Positions 27,684 to 37,105 of a stretch of 64,000 nt of DNA are shown here, piece by piece (position 1 is the stretch's first letter; each line of letters begins with the position of its first letter). Source of the DNA: an uncultured bacterium (GTDB taxonomy: Bacteria; Margulisbacteria; Termititenacia; CAZZFK01); contig CAZZFK010000003.1 in assembly GCA_964653455.1 (NCBI GenBank), forward strand, positions 60,819 through 124,818, in the 5' to 3' direction. The notes beneath the pieces were generated by a model. It saw only the letters and a list, made by a program, of their open reading frames with translations. It was not told the origin of the DNA and did no database searches. A program made the position numbers and the translations under genes.

Positions 27684-28832
27684 TTATGACAGTTTTAGCC
27701 GGGCGAACTTACGTTTGCCGACCTTGAGGACCGCTCCGTTCTTGATGTTCACGATATCTTTGTCAGAAGATATGACCGTACCATCAATAGAAACAGCGTT
27801 CTGTTGCACCAAACGGCGTGCTTCGTTCTTGCTCGGAGCAAGTTTACAGGTAAGCACCAGGTCAACGATGTTCAGCTTGTCCGAGGATATTGCGATCGTC
27901 GGAGTGTCGTTCGGAACACCGCCGCCGGCGAACACGTTCTCGAAGTTCGCTGCCGCTTCATCCGCTGCTTTTTCCCCGTGATAGAACGAGACGATGTTCT
28001 TGGCGAGGATGACCTTCGACTCCTTTGGATGACGACCCGCATCGAATGTCAGGTCCGTCAGCAGCTGATAATAACGGGGCATGAGGGCATCAGGTATCGA
28101 CATCAGTTTCCCGAACATCTCATTGGCAGGTTCGGTGATCCCGACATGGTTCCCCAGCGATTTCGACATCTTTTGTACGCCATCGAGCCCTTCGAGGATC
28201 GGCATCGTGATAACGACCTGCGGTTCCTGTCCCCAATCGGCCTGCAGCTGCCGGCCCATGAGCAGATTGAACTTCTGGTCCGTACCGCCGATCTCGATAT
28301 CGGACTTGAGCTCGACCGAATCATACCCCTGAAAAAGAGGGTAGAGAAATTCGTGGATGGAGATGGCCTGCCCGCTCTTATAGCGTTTTTCAAAATCATC
28401 GCGTTCAAGCATGCGGGCAACGGTCTGTTTGCCGGTCAGGTGGACCAGGTCGCTCGCCGTCATCTTGTTGAGCCAGTGGCTGTTGTAGACGACCTTGGTC
28501 TTATGACGGTCCAGGATTTTGAACACCTGTTCCTGGTAGGTCTTCGCGTTCTTGTCGACCTGTTCGGCGGAGAGAGGTTTACGTGTCTCGGATTTTCCGG
28601 TCGGATCACCGATGCGCGCAGTGAAATCACCGATCAGGAAGATGATCTCATGCCCCATGTCCTGGAACTGCTTGAGCTTGCGGATAACGACCGTGTGCCC
28701 GAGATGCAGGTCCGGCGCTGAGGGGTCCGCACCCCATTTTATCTTGAGAGGTTTTCCCTTTTTAAGACGTTCCAGTAGCTCTTTTTCGGATATGAGCTCT
28801 TCGATGCCCTTTGTAATGATGTTCAGGTCCAT
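27684..28832 (-). CDS. tyrS: Tyrosine--tRNA ligase
   Basis: [45 protein letters not shown]-terminal S4 domain. Start moved to MDLNII. Confidence 0.97.
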   Translation of the reverse strand: MDLNIITKGIEELISEKELLERLKKGKPLKIKWGADPSAPDLHLGHTVVIRKLKQFQDMGHEIIFLIGDFTARIGDPTGKSETRKPLSAEQVDKNAKTYQEQVFKILDRHKTKVVYNSHWLNKMTASDLVHLTGKQTVARMLERDDFEKRYKSGQAISIHEFLYPLFQGYDSVELKSDIEIGGTDQKFNLLMGRQLQADWGQEPQVVITMPILEGLDGVQKMSKSLGNHVGITEPANEMFGKLMSIPDALMPRYYQLLTDLTFDAGRHPKESKVILAKNIVSFYHGEKAADEAAANFENVFAGGGVPNDTPTIAISSDKLNIVDLVLTCKLAPSKNEARRLVQQNAVSIDGTVISSDKDIVNIKNGAVLKVGKRKFARLKLS

Positions 28833-28971
28833 TGCCGGGTTCCTTTGTTCACAAGAGGTGTGCATCAAGTCCTTCACGAGGAAAATACTCAATGCTATAA
28901 TTTCACGGTCAATTGTATCAATAATTTTTGAAATCAGTAAGTAGCATGAGCTGGTCGGCATGTTTTTTTCT

Positions 28972-28992
28972 TGCCACTTGTCTCTTGCCACT
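28972..28992. repeat. Heptamer-built repeat TGCCACTTGTCTCTTGCCACT, copy A
   Basis: Exact 21-bp match to 52935-52955. Confidence 0.8.
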
Positions 28993-29012
28993 TTGTATTA
29001 CCAGGGAGCACC

Positions 29013-31316
29013 GTGTTCAAGAAAAAATTCAGTGATATTTCCCTGTTCGGCAGAAGCATCGGAAACGGCGGTTTTCTTCCTTCCGCCCTCCGCCAGCAGC
29101 GTGATGTGCTGTTGCAGAAAGCGATACGCTACGGCACGATCGGCGGCGGGTTCCTTTTTGTCGTGATACTGCTCGTCACTATACAGATCGCCTATCAGCT
29201 TCCGGATGTTGAATCGATCAATACATACGTGCCTAACGAGACCACAAAGATCTATTCTGCCGACAATACGGTCATTGCCGAACTTCATAGAGAAGAGAAC
29301 CGCATGGTGATACCGCTTAATAGGATGTCCGACTATGTAAAAGCGGCGATCATCGCGTCGGAAGATTCGAACTTCTACAAACATCACGGCATCTCTATAC
29401 GCGGTATATTCAGAAGTCTTTTTGCCAACGTGAAAGCCGGTGGCGCAGCACAGGGCGGCAGCACCATCACTCAGCAGCTGGCGCGTAACGTCTTCCTGTA
29501 CAAACGGAAGAAGGTCGTTCGTAAGATCGCAGAGATACTGTTATCCCTGCAGTTAGAACGGCGGTATACAAAGGACGAGATACTTGAACTATATTTGAAC
29601 CAGATCTACTGGGGCCATAATGCGTACGGTATAGAAGCCGCTGCTCAGTTATATTATAACAAGCATGCAGGCGAGCTCACACTTCCCGAAGCGGCCGTAC
29701 TTTCCGGTATCCTCCGCGCCCCGGAATATTTCTCACCATACCGTAACCCTGAGGGAGCACGGCTCAGAAAAGATGTCGTGCTCAATCGAATGGCTGAGCT
29801 CGGCTATATCACGGCTGAGGAGTATTTCAAGGCCAAAGAAGTGCCTATCATCCTGTCGGAACGAAAGAAGCTCAAATATAAAGCTCCGTACTTCACCAGC
29901 TATGTCGTCAAACAGCTTGTTCAGATGTACGGCGAAGATGTGGTCTATAACGAAGGGCTCAAGGTCTATACCACACTGGAGTGGAATTTACAGAAGCGTG
30001 CTGAGGATGTCATTGATAAATACATAGAGGAAGGACAGAAGCCTCATTGGGTGACCAAAGGACAGGTCCCTTCCTTGAACTACAGTCAGGCAGCTCTTTT
30101 GAGCCTTGATCCGCGTACGGGATATGTCAAAGCGTGGGTCGGAGGATATGATTTCCTCAAGAACGAGTTCGATCATATCTACCAGGCCCAGCGGCAGCCC
30201 GGGTCCGGGTTCAAACCCTTCACCTATTTAACGGCGCTCAGTATGGGATTTTCTCCAGGGACCGTCGTTGAAGATATGCCTGTTACGTTCAACACGATAG
30301 AGGGGCCGTACAGTCCGCAGAACTATACCAAGACGTTCCTGGGAGGGCTCACATTGCGTAAGGCGCTGGAAAAATCAGAGAACGTTGTCGCGGTCAAGGT
30401 CATCGACCTCATCGATCCGAGCAATGTTATCGTGACCTGCCGCAAATTCGGCATAAAGAGCTACCTGGCACCAATACTGTCCCTTTCTCTCGGATCTGTT
30501 GAAGTGAACATGCTGGAGATGGCGACGGCATATTCAGTTATCGCCAACTCAGGCGTTAAAGTAGAGCCCGTCACCATCATTCGTATCGAAGACCGCAACG
30601 GTAATGAGCTCTTCAAACACTCCATAACACAGACCCGCGTATTTGACGCCAACGTCGTGAACACACTGGTCGATATGATGAAAGGTGTCGTGCTGTACGG
30701 TACGGGCACAGCGGCGCTCATCAATCGCCCGATGGCCGGCAAGACCGGTACCACCAGCGATTACCGTGACGCCTGGTTCTTCGGTTTTATACCGCAAATG
30801 CTCACGATCACATGGGTAGGGAACAACGACAACAGTCCGATGAACGATGTCACCGGCGGTTTCATCCCGGCACAGATGTGGCATGATTATATGGCCTATG
30901 CGGTCAAGGACCTTCCGGTAGCCTATTTCCCGTCACCGTACGGTTTTGCATCTCAAGCTGTGTGCCTTGACAGCGGCGAGCAGGCGACCCCTCTGTGCCC
31001 TCGGGAGCGTGTCGTGGAGGACCTCTTCTGGAAGAACCATATGCTCTCAAACGCCTGTCATGTCCATAACGTGTTCGCCTTTAATAAGAGCGGGCAACAG
31101 AGCGGCACGAATTTCAATACGGACCAGAAATCCGGCGGCCTGTTCAGTTCAGGACGTCCGGATTGGGAACAAACGTTCTTCCCGGATGCGAACAAGATCG
31201 TCAATATCAGCGACACAGTAAAGAAAGAAGAAAAGGTCGCTCCGGCCGCTCCGACAGCTTCTTCCGATAATGACCGAGCAAAAAAAGTCCTTCAAAACTC
31301 GTCAAAAGGCATCTGA
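29013..31316 (+). CDS. Class A penicillin-binding protein (PBP1A family)
   Basis: Transglycosylase EDxxFYxHxG, GGSTITQQL and ILELYLN; transpeptidase SGFK (SxxK), SEN and KTG. GTG start after a GGAG RBS. Confidence 0.92.
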   Translation: MFKKKFSDISLFGRSIGNGGFLPSALRQQRDVLLQKAIRYGTIGGGFLFVVILLVTIQIAYQLPDVESINTYVPNETTKIYSADNTVIAELHREENRMVIPLNRMSDYVKAAIIASEDSNFYKHHGISIRGIFRSLFANVKAGGAAQGGSTITQQLARNVFLYKRKKVVRKIAEILLSLQLERRYTKDEILELYLNQIYWGHNAYGIEAAAQLYYNKHAGELTLPEAAVLSGILRAPEYFSPYRNPEGARLRKDVVLNRMAELGYITAEEYFKAKEVPIILSERKKLKYKAPYFTSYVVKQLVQMYGEDVVYNEGLKVYTTLEWNLQKRAEDVIDKYIEEGQKPHWVTKGQVPSLNYSQAALLSLDPRTGYVKAWVGGYDFLKNEFDHIYQAQRQPGSGFKPFTYLTALSMGFSPGTVVEDMPVTFNTIEGPYSPQNYTKTFLGGLTLRKALEKSENVVAVKVIDLIDPSNVIVTCRKFGIKSYLAPILSLSLGSVEVNMLEMATAYSVIANSGVKVEPVTIIRIEDRNGNELFKHSITQTRVFDANVVNTLVDMMKGVVLYGTGTAALINRPMAGKTGTTSDYRDAWFFGFIPQMLTITWVGNNDNSPMNDVTGGFIPAQMWHDYMAYAVKDLPVAYFPSPYGFASQAVCLDSGEQATPLCPRERVVEDLFWKNHMLSNACHVHNVFAFNKSGQQSGTNFNTDQKSGGLFSSGRPDWEQTFFPDANKIVNISDTVKKEEKVAPAAPTASSDNDRAKKVLQNSSKGI

Positions 31317-32829
31317 CCGCATGGGGATGCGGCTGCCTCACGACCTTTCTCCGAACGCGTCCGAAAAAGGGCTTGGATATGTCGTAAAGGACGGTATCAC
31401 CAGTCAGGCCATGATCACACTGACCAGTGGTGTGTTCCTGACGGCTTTTGCGCTTCAGCTCGGTGCTCCTATGATCGTTCTAGGCATCATCGCAGCGATA
31501 TCGCCCCTCGCACAGCTTTTGCAAATACCGACCGTATCGCTTGTTGAACGGTTGCGCAACAGAAAAATGGTCACATTGTTCTCCGCCACCACATCGCGCA
31601 CTTTATTGCTCCTGATCGCGGCGATCCCGTTCATCGCGCGCGGAACGAGTGCGATCATCGCCTTGCTCATAGGTCTTATTGCTTATTCTGCGGCAGGTGC
31701 TGTCGGCAATTGCAGCTGGAACTCATGGATGCGGGACCTGATACCGGAAAAACGTCTTGGCTGGTTCTTCTCCCGAAGACTTGGATATGCCGTCGGGGTC
31801 AGTATCATTGTGAGCATCGCAGCCGGTTGGCTGATCGACCATATGCGGACCGCAGGGAGCGGACACGCAGTATATGCCTATAGTATTCTGTTCTTTTCCG
31901 CAATGATATTCGGGTATATCGGACTGTATTTCATATATCGTATCCCTGAACCGAAGATGGGTGCCCCTGAGAAGATACCTTTCAAACATATGCTCTCAGG
32001 CCCGTGGAGGGACACTAATTTCCGCAATACCATGATGTATCTGGGGGTATGGAACTTTGCGACCAACTTGGCTGTCCCGTTCTTTGCCGTTTATATGCTG
32101 GGCTTCATGAAGCTCAATGTCCTCCTGGTCACCGTACTTACGATAGTGAGCCAGGCGATAAATGTCTGGTCCTTTCATCTGTGGGGTTCCTTTTCCGACC
32201 GGTACAGCAACAGGGCAGTTCTTGCAGTGAGCGGACCCATGCTGCTTGCGGCCATCCTTGCCTGGACATTTGTCATGCTCCCGGGACCCCATGCGCTTTC
32301 CATTCCATTGCTCGTATTGATCCATGTGCTGACCGGACTTGCTCAATCAGGGATATTGCTTGCAACAGGGAACATTACGCTCAAGCTGGCGCCAAAAGGC
32401 AAAGCGACGGCCTATCTGACCTCCAGCAGTATCGTCAATTCGCTCGCGACAGGAGGAGCCCCTGTCATCGGGGGGGCATTAGCGGACCTTTTCGCACGCA
32501 TGCAATTATCCCTGACGTTCAACTGGCAAAGTCCGTTCAGATCATTTTCATTCAACACATTGGACTTTCAAGGATGGGATTTCCTGTTCTTCTTCGCATT
32601 TTTAATAGGGCTGTACGCCTTGCATTTGCTTTCAAAGGTACAGGAAGAAGGCGATGTCCATGAACGCGTCGTTTGGCAGGAGTTCATGGCGGCATCGGGC
32701 AGAGAACTGCGCACGTTCACGGTGAGCGGACTTACCGGGCTGATCAGTTTTCCGGTCATGACCTTGAAACGAACACTGCATACCCGACCTTTTGATGTTT
32801 TTCGCGGACTATTTCGGCAAAGGCGCTGA
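31270..32829 (+). CDS. MFS transporter
   Basis: About 12 TM segments, WGSFSDRYSNR motif. Start may be 31321. Confidence 0.8.
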   Translation: MTEQKKSFKTRQKASDRMGMRLPHDLSPNASEKGLGYVVKDGITSQAMITLTSGVFLTAFALQLGAPMIVLGIIAAISPLAQLLQIPTVSLVERLRNRKMVTLFSATTSRTLLLLIAAIPFIARGTSAIIALLIGLIAYSAAGAVGNCSWNSWMRDLIPEKRLGWFFSRRLGYAVGVSIIVSIAAGWLIDHMRTAGSGHAVYAYSILFFSAMIFGYIGLYFIYRIPEPKMGAPEKIPFKHMLSGPWRDTNFRNTMMYLGVWNFATNLAVPFFAVYMLGFMKLNVLLVTVLTIVSQAINVWSFHLWGSFSDRYSNRAVLAVSGPMLLAAILAWTFVMLPGPHALSIPLLVLIHVLTGLAQSGILLATGNITLKLAPKGKATAYLTSSSIVNSLATGGAPVIGGALADLFARMQLSLTFNWQSPFRSFSFNTLDFQGWDFLFFFAFLIGLYALHLLSKVQEEGDVHERVVWQEFMAASGRELRTFTVSGLTGLISFPVMTLKRTLHTRPFDVFRGLFRQRR

Positions 32830-33471
32830 ACGGCGTTCTATTTCCTGTTCGATATGCTGATGCAAATATCTGCTCACGGCAAGGCTCAGGATGAGCGCGA
32901 TAATGATCGCTATCCAGACGAACATCGTCGTACGTCTGTAAGAGGCCTGTATCAGGTGTTCCGATACCTGCATTTGAGATGTGATATATGCTTCCTGAGG
33001 TACCGCCTGTGCAACGAGCGATTCATACGCGATATGAAGACGATGCTGCACATCAACGGTCTGTATCCAGGGCTGTCCTTTTTCGATCATGGTCACGACA
33101 GTCGTTGCGAGCGTTATGACCTTCATGGTCTGTTCTTTGAACCTTCGGGACTCGTGCACTTTTTCAGGACCTAAATATCTCGAATAGTGGATATAGTTCT
33201 GTAATTGTTTGTTCGCGTCCTGAAATTGCGGGGCCAGCTCTTTCATGGTCAGCGGTCGTTTTCTGGCGAGCGAGGTGTCTATAGTGCTGATGATCGTTGC
33301 CAGCGATGATTTAACGGGGATTATCGAGAGCAGGGCAGGACTTATCTCTTCCTTAAGTTTTGAGAACTCTCTGAAGACCGACGCATACTGTCCGACGGTA
33401 AAAATGCCCAAAAGCACGGTGGAGAGGGTCATGATCAAAAGGCCGATGGTGATACGGTCTCGAAGATGCAT
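32809..33471 (-). CDS. Hypothetical TM-helical bundle-TM protein (sensor-like, no output domain)
   Basis: N-terminal TM, about 150-aa helical region, second TM, short tail HIEQEIERRS. Confidence 0.6.
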   Translation of the reverse strand: MHLRDRITIGLLIMTLSTVLLGIFTVGQYASVFREFSKLKEEISPALLSIIPVKSSLATIISTIDTSLARKRPLTMKELAPQFQDANKQLQNYIHYSRYLGPEKVHESRRFKEQTMKVITLATTVVTMIEKGQPWIQTVDVQHRLHIAYESLVAQAVPQEAYITSQMQVSEHLIQASYRRTTMFVWIAIIIALILSLAVSRYLHQHIEQEIERRSAPLPK

Positions 33472-33474
33472 GGT

Positions 33475-33960
33475 TCAACGCTTCTTGATGAAGAACTGAT
33501 AGACGGCCCACATGCCAAGACCGAGCATCAGGCAGAACATACCGAATGCAGCACGGAACGGGGATATTTTTTCAGGAGTGAGATAGCCTGGTGCTGTCAC
33601 AAGGACTGAATCCGCAACGATCGCTGTTTCACCCCCTTGTTCCTTATAGAATCGATGGAATACTCCGTTCACAAGGACCGTATCACCATGCTGTTTGTAA
33701 TTCCCGACCATTTTTATCCCGCGTGTATCGTTCATGGAACACAACACGCCAATGGCGACCCCTTCTTGGGAAAGCACATTGAGCCATGCGTTCATTCCAC
33801 GCTGCAGGACATCCCCGATAACTTCCCCTTGGATAACAACGGATCTGCCGTCATAGTACGTTCCGTTCTCTACAAGAGTTTGCACGGGGGTCGCATGGCA
33901 GATCAGCATATTGTTCACTGCAAGGACGATCGATAACAGGACATATTTAAGCGTTCGCAT
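33475..33960 (-). CDS. Trk-operon associated membrane-anchored protein (OB-fold-like)
   Basis: Signal peptide, YDGRSVVIQGEVIGD, C-terminal TM. Directly follows trkH. Confidence 0.65.
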   Translation of the reverse strand: MRTLKYVLLSIVLAVNNMLICHATPVQTLVENGTYYDGRSVVIQGEVIGDVLQRGMNAWLNVLSQEGVAIGVLCSMNDTRGIKMVGNYKQHGDTVLVNGVFHRFYKEQGGETAIVADSVLVTAPGYLTPEKISPFRAAFGMFCLMLGLGMWAVYQFFIKKR

Positions 33961-33961
33961 A

Positions 33962-35467
33962 TTATTTACCTCTGAATATAGAAATAGTAAAAGCAAGCAG
34001 ACCGAACACTGAAAGGAATTCAAGCCGGCCCGCCCACATGGCAAAAATATAGTACACTTTCAACGCTGTGGGCATCGCCGCGGAGGTGATGCCACAAGAT
34101 AGCCCCGTCGTGCTTCCTGCAGAGACCGACTCGAACAGGGAATCTACGAACGGATATCCATAGAACTGTCCGAGCACTCCGCCTGCCACATAGAGGCCGA
34201 TAAAGCAAATAATGATGATCCCGACCATCTTCAAGGTCTGATCGGTCACGTCAAGGTCTTTGATGTGGTGATATTTTGTATTGAATACAGCACTTTCAGG
34301 CAGGATGATACGCTTGATCTCATGGTACAGACCTTTGAACAAAAGGCCCATACGCAAGCCCTTGATCCCGCCGCAGGTCGAACAGGCGCTGCCGCCTATC
34401 ATCATCGCTATCGTGATCGCGATCATCGCGAAAGGGCCCCAATCACGGATGAACTGTATCGCATAGATGTTCTGCAAGCCTGTGCCCGTATGTCCGGAAA
34501 TAAGGATGAACGCGGCACGTCTGAAATAAGCAAGAGCATCCGCATAGATACCCGCCTTTATCAGAGCGAACATCAGGATACTGAATGTGACCGTTACCGT
34601 CACGGCAAAGGAAACCAGCTCTATGTTTTTGAACAGCTCGGTCCGCTTTCCGCTCCATACAGCATAGTGCAGTATGAAATTGAATGAGCCAAGTATCATG
34701 AACACCATGGCCACGGTCTCCATAAGCAGGCTATGATAATACATGATGTTCTGGGACTGAGGGGCAAAACCACCCGTGCTCCAGGCACTCATATATATCC
34801 ACATACCATGAAGAACGGCACGAACAGGTGACACAATGCCTTCCATATGTGCTATGACACTCAATACGATGGTTCCGAGCACGAGATATGCGACACTGAT
34901 TATCCAGATAGCACGAGCGGTCTGCACCACGTTCGGGAGCAGTTTTTCATCTTTGCCTTCACCGACATACATCATATAGGCACCGGCCGTTCCGCGGACC
35001 AGGAAGGTGATGACCATGGCGATCATGCCCTGGCCCCCGATAAAGGTCAGCAGATGCCTCCACATGTTCAAGGAGTCGGAGACATGGTCCAGGTCCTGAA
35101 TGATCGTAAGCCCTGTGGTCGTGAATCCGCTCATAACATCAAAACAGGCGTCCAGATATGAGAGAAAATGTCCGCTCAAGACATGAGGAAGTGCTGCCAA
35201 CATCATGCAGACGAGCCAGGAAAAGGCCGCAATGACCATGGCATGCAGCCACCGCAGCTGTGCTTTCCGTTCTCCCAGCATAAGGAATATCATGCCGATG
35301 ATGAGCGTAATTCCGCCCGATATCAGGAAGTCGAAGAACGATGCCCATTCACGACAGAACACTGCGGTCGCGAGCGGGACGAGCATGAGCATGGCTACAC
35401 CGCTCACGATCTTCCCGGTATAGAAGCTTATCAGACGATAATCCGATATATATGGTCTGGAGATCAT
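33962..35467 (-). CDS. trkH: Trk K+ uptake membrane subunit
   Basis: SGFTTTGLT pore loop, STGGFAP, CGGIK, FESVSAGSTTGLSCG, GRLEF. Confidence 0.92.
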   Translation of the reverse strand: MISRPYISDYRLISFYTGKIVSGVAMLMLVPLATAVFCREWASFFDFLISGGITLIIGMIFLMLGERKAQLRWLHAMVIAAFSWLVCMMLAALPHVLSGHFLSYLDACFDVMSGFTTTGLTIIQDLDHVSDSLNMWRHLLTFIGGQGMIAMVITFLVRGTAGAYMMYVGEGKDEKLLPNVVQTARAIWIISVAYLVLGTIVLSVIAHMEGIVSPVRAVLHGMWIYMSAWSTGGFAPQSQNIMYYHSLLMETVAMVFMILGSFNFILHYAVWSGKRTELFKNIELVSFAVTVTVTFSILMFALIKAGIYADALAYFRRAAFILISGHTGTGLQNIYAIQFIRDWGPFAMIAITIAMMIGGSACSTCGGIKGLRMGLLFKGLYHEIKRIILPESAVFNTKYHHIKDLDVTDQTLKMVGIIIICFIGLYVAGGVLGQFYGYPFVDSLFESVSAGSTTGLSCGITSAAMPTALKVYYIFAMWAGRLEFLSVFGLLAFTISIFRGK

Positions 35468-35604
35468 CGGGCGGACATAAAGCAAAGAACGGTAACGCCA
35501 TAGAGAAAAGCCAGGAACAGTATAATGCTCATCAACTCAGCGAACATGCCGAGCACAGAATCAACCAATAATCGGGGGGTTACCTTGATCTTGAATAGTT
35601 CCAT
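35464..35604 (-). CDS. Small hydrophobic protein, 46 aa, inside the trk operon (unannotated)
   Basis: MELFKIKVTPRLLVDSVLGMFAELMSIILFLAFLYGVTVLCFMSAR*. It starts 5 nt after the trkA stop and overlaps the trkH start (ATGA). Confidence 0.65.
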   Translation of the reverse strand: MELFKIKVTPRLLVDSVLGMFAELMSIILFLAFLYGVTVLCFMSAR

Positions 35605-35609
35605 GTGGT

Positions 35610-36266
35610 TCACCCGATGAGAAGTTTATAGAATTGCTTTTCGTTCTCCGGTGTCGTAACGGCAAGTATCTCGTCATTGAGCTCGAGCTTGGTATCGCCT
35701 TGCGGAACGATGATATCGTCCTTACGCATGACTGAGGCGATGATACAGTTCTTCGGCAAGTGGATATCCTTGAGCTGTTTATGACAGAACGCGGACTTCT
35801 TGGATATCTTTCCCTGCACGATGGAGACCTTGCCCTGCTTGAGCTTGAGCAGTGTGCTCAATTCATCCAGCGAGACCTCCTGATTTATCACTTGAGCGAT
35901 GACATTGGTCGCGTTGACCGGCACATCGACCCCGAGCTGCAGGAACGTGAACTCATTGCGGGGATCGTTCACTCGCGCGACGGTGCGCGGGATATTGTAA
36001 TAGGTCTTTGCCAGCTGGCAGATAACGAGATTATCCTCATCATCACCCGTGACCGCGACTATGACATCCGCCTTTTCCGGTTGCGCTTCTTTGAGGTCGC
36101 GAGGCTCACAGGCATCGCCGTTCAGGACGATGATGTTCAGCTGTTTCGAGATGCGGTCACAGAGCTCGCTGTTGCGTTCAATGAGCACGACCTTGTGTTT
36201 TTCCTCGGACATACGTTTGGCGAGCGAGAACCCGACCTTACCGCCGCCGCAAATGATCATGAACAT
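35610..36266 (-). CDS. trkA: TrkA family K+ uptake regulatory subunit (RCK N+C)
   Basis: ICGGGKVG, GDAC, VTGDDEDNL, TVARVNDP, VPQGDT. Confidence 0.92.
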   Translation of the reverse strand: MFMIICGGGKVGFSLAKRMSEEKHKVVLIERNSELCDRISKQLNIIVLNGDACEPRDLKEAQPEKADVIVAVTGDDEDNLVICQLAKTYYNIPRTVARVNDPRNEFTFLQLGVDVPVNATNVIAQVINQEVSLDELSTLLKLKQGKVSIVQGKISKKSAFCHKQLKDIHLPKNCIIASVMRKDDIIVPQGDTKLELNDEILAVTTPENEKQFYKLLIG

Positions 36267-36271
36267 GGGCC

Positions 36272-36922
36272 TTACTCCTTAACGTCGAACAGCTTCTTGA
36301 TCTTCTTGACGCTTTCGGTCTTTACGATACCGACGATAACATCACCTTTATCGAGCACGGTCGCAGGGCCGGGAATGACCGCGCCTGTTCTTTTGATGAT
36401 AGTGGCCACAATGAACTCACCCGTCCTGTTGACCTGGGATACTTTCTTTCCGGCGAACTTCTCGGAAATATTTATTTCGATCACACCCATGCCTTTTGTT
36501 TCGATAAGATAACTGGAGAACCGGCTTTCGATCAGTTTGTCGCGGATCATGGATGCGACAAGTGTCGTCCCGCTCAAAATATCAAGGCCAAGCCGTTGAT
36601 ATATCTCCGCACGACGTGCATCATACAGACGGGCGATGACCTTTGGTATCTTGAATATCTTCCTGGCGACCTGGGAAGCCATAATGTTGGTATTATCGCC
36701 GTTGGTAACAACGACAAATGCGTCCGCGGTGCTTGCCCCGGCCTTTGTCAGGGTATCCAGATCGAACCCGTTACCAGTGATAGTAAGTCCGTTGAACGTT
36801 TTACCTAAGCGTCTGAAGGAATCATGTTTTTTGTCGATAACGGTGACGTTATGACCTTCTTCTGAAAGAAGTACGGCAAGCTCTGCTCCGACACGTCCGC
36901 ATCCTACGATGATCGTTTCCAT
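36272..36922 (-). CDS. trkA: TrkA family K+ uptake regulatory subunit (RCK N+C)
   Basis: IVGCGRVG, VTNGDNTN, VIARLYD. GGAG RBS before METII. Confidence 0.92.
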   Translation of the reverse strand: METIIVGCGRVGAELAVLLSEEGHNVTVIDKKHDSFRRLGKTFNGLTITGNGFDLDTLTKAGASTADAFVVVTNGDNTNIMASQVARKIFKIPKVIARLYDARRAEIYQRLGLDILSGTTLVASMIRDKLIESRFSSYLIETKGMGVIEINISEKFAGKKVSQVNRTGEFIVATIIKRTGAVIPGPATVLDKGDVIVGIVKTESVKKIKKLFDVKE

Positions 36923-37105
36923 TTGTGTGCCGCTCCGTATATGTAAGACGGCCATGATTATACAACGGCAGCTTGTGAAAAGTAAGTATATATGAGCGTT
37001 CTGTACGGGTTCATTATTGAATTGACCTGAAATTTTCGGTTCAGACTGTCGATATGCTTATGGTATCTGTCATATCCAGATATACTCTTTTTATTAAGGG
37101 CGCCT

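Noticed and set aside
28833-29012. T-box leader for tyrS
   Set aside because: No T-box consensus or terminator/antiterminator; the region is short and shared with the divergent PBP gene.
36923-37105. c-di-AMP (ydaO) or other riboswitch upstream of the trk operon
   Set aside because: A TATAAT lies about 40 nt from the start codon, leaving no room, and no conserved motif is present.
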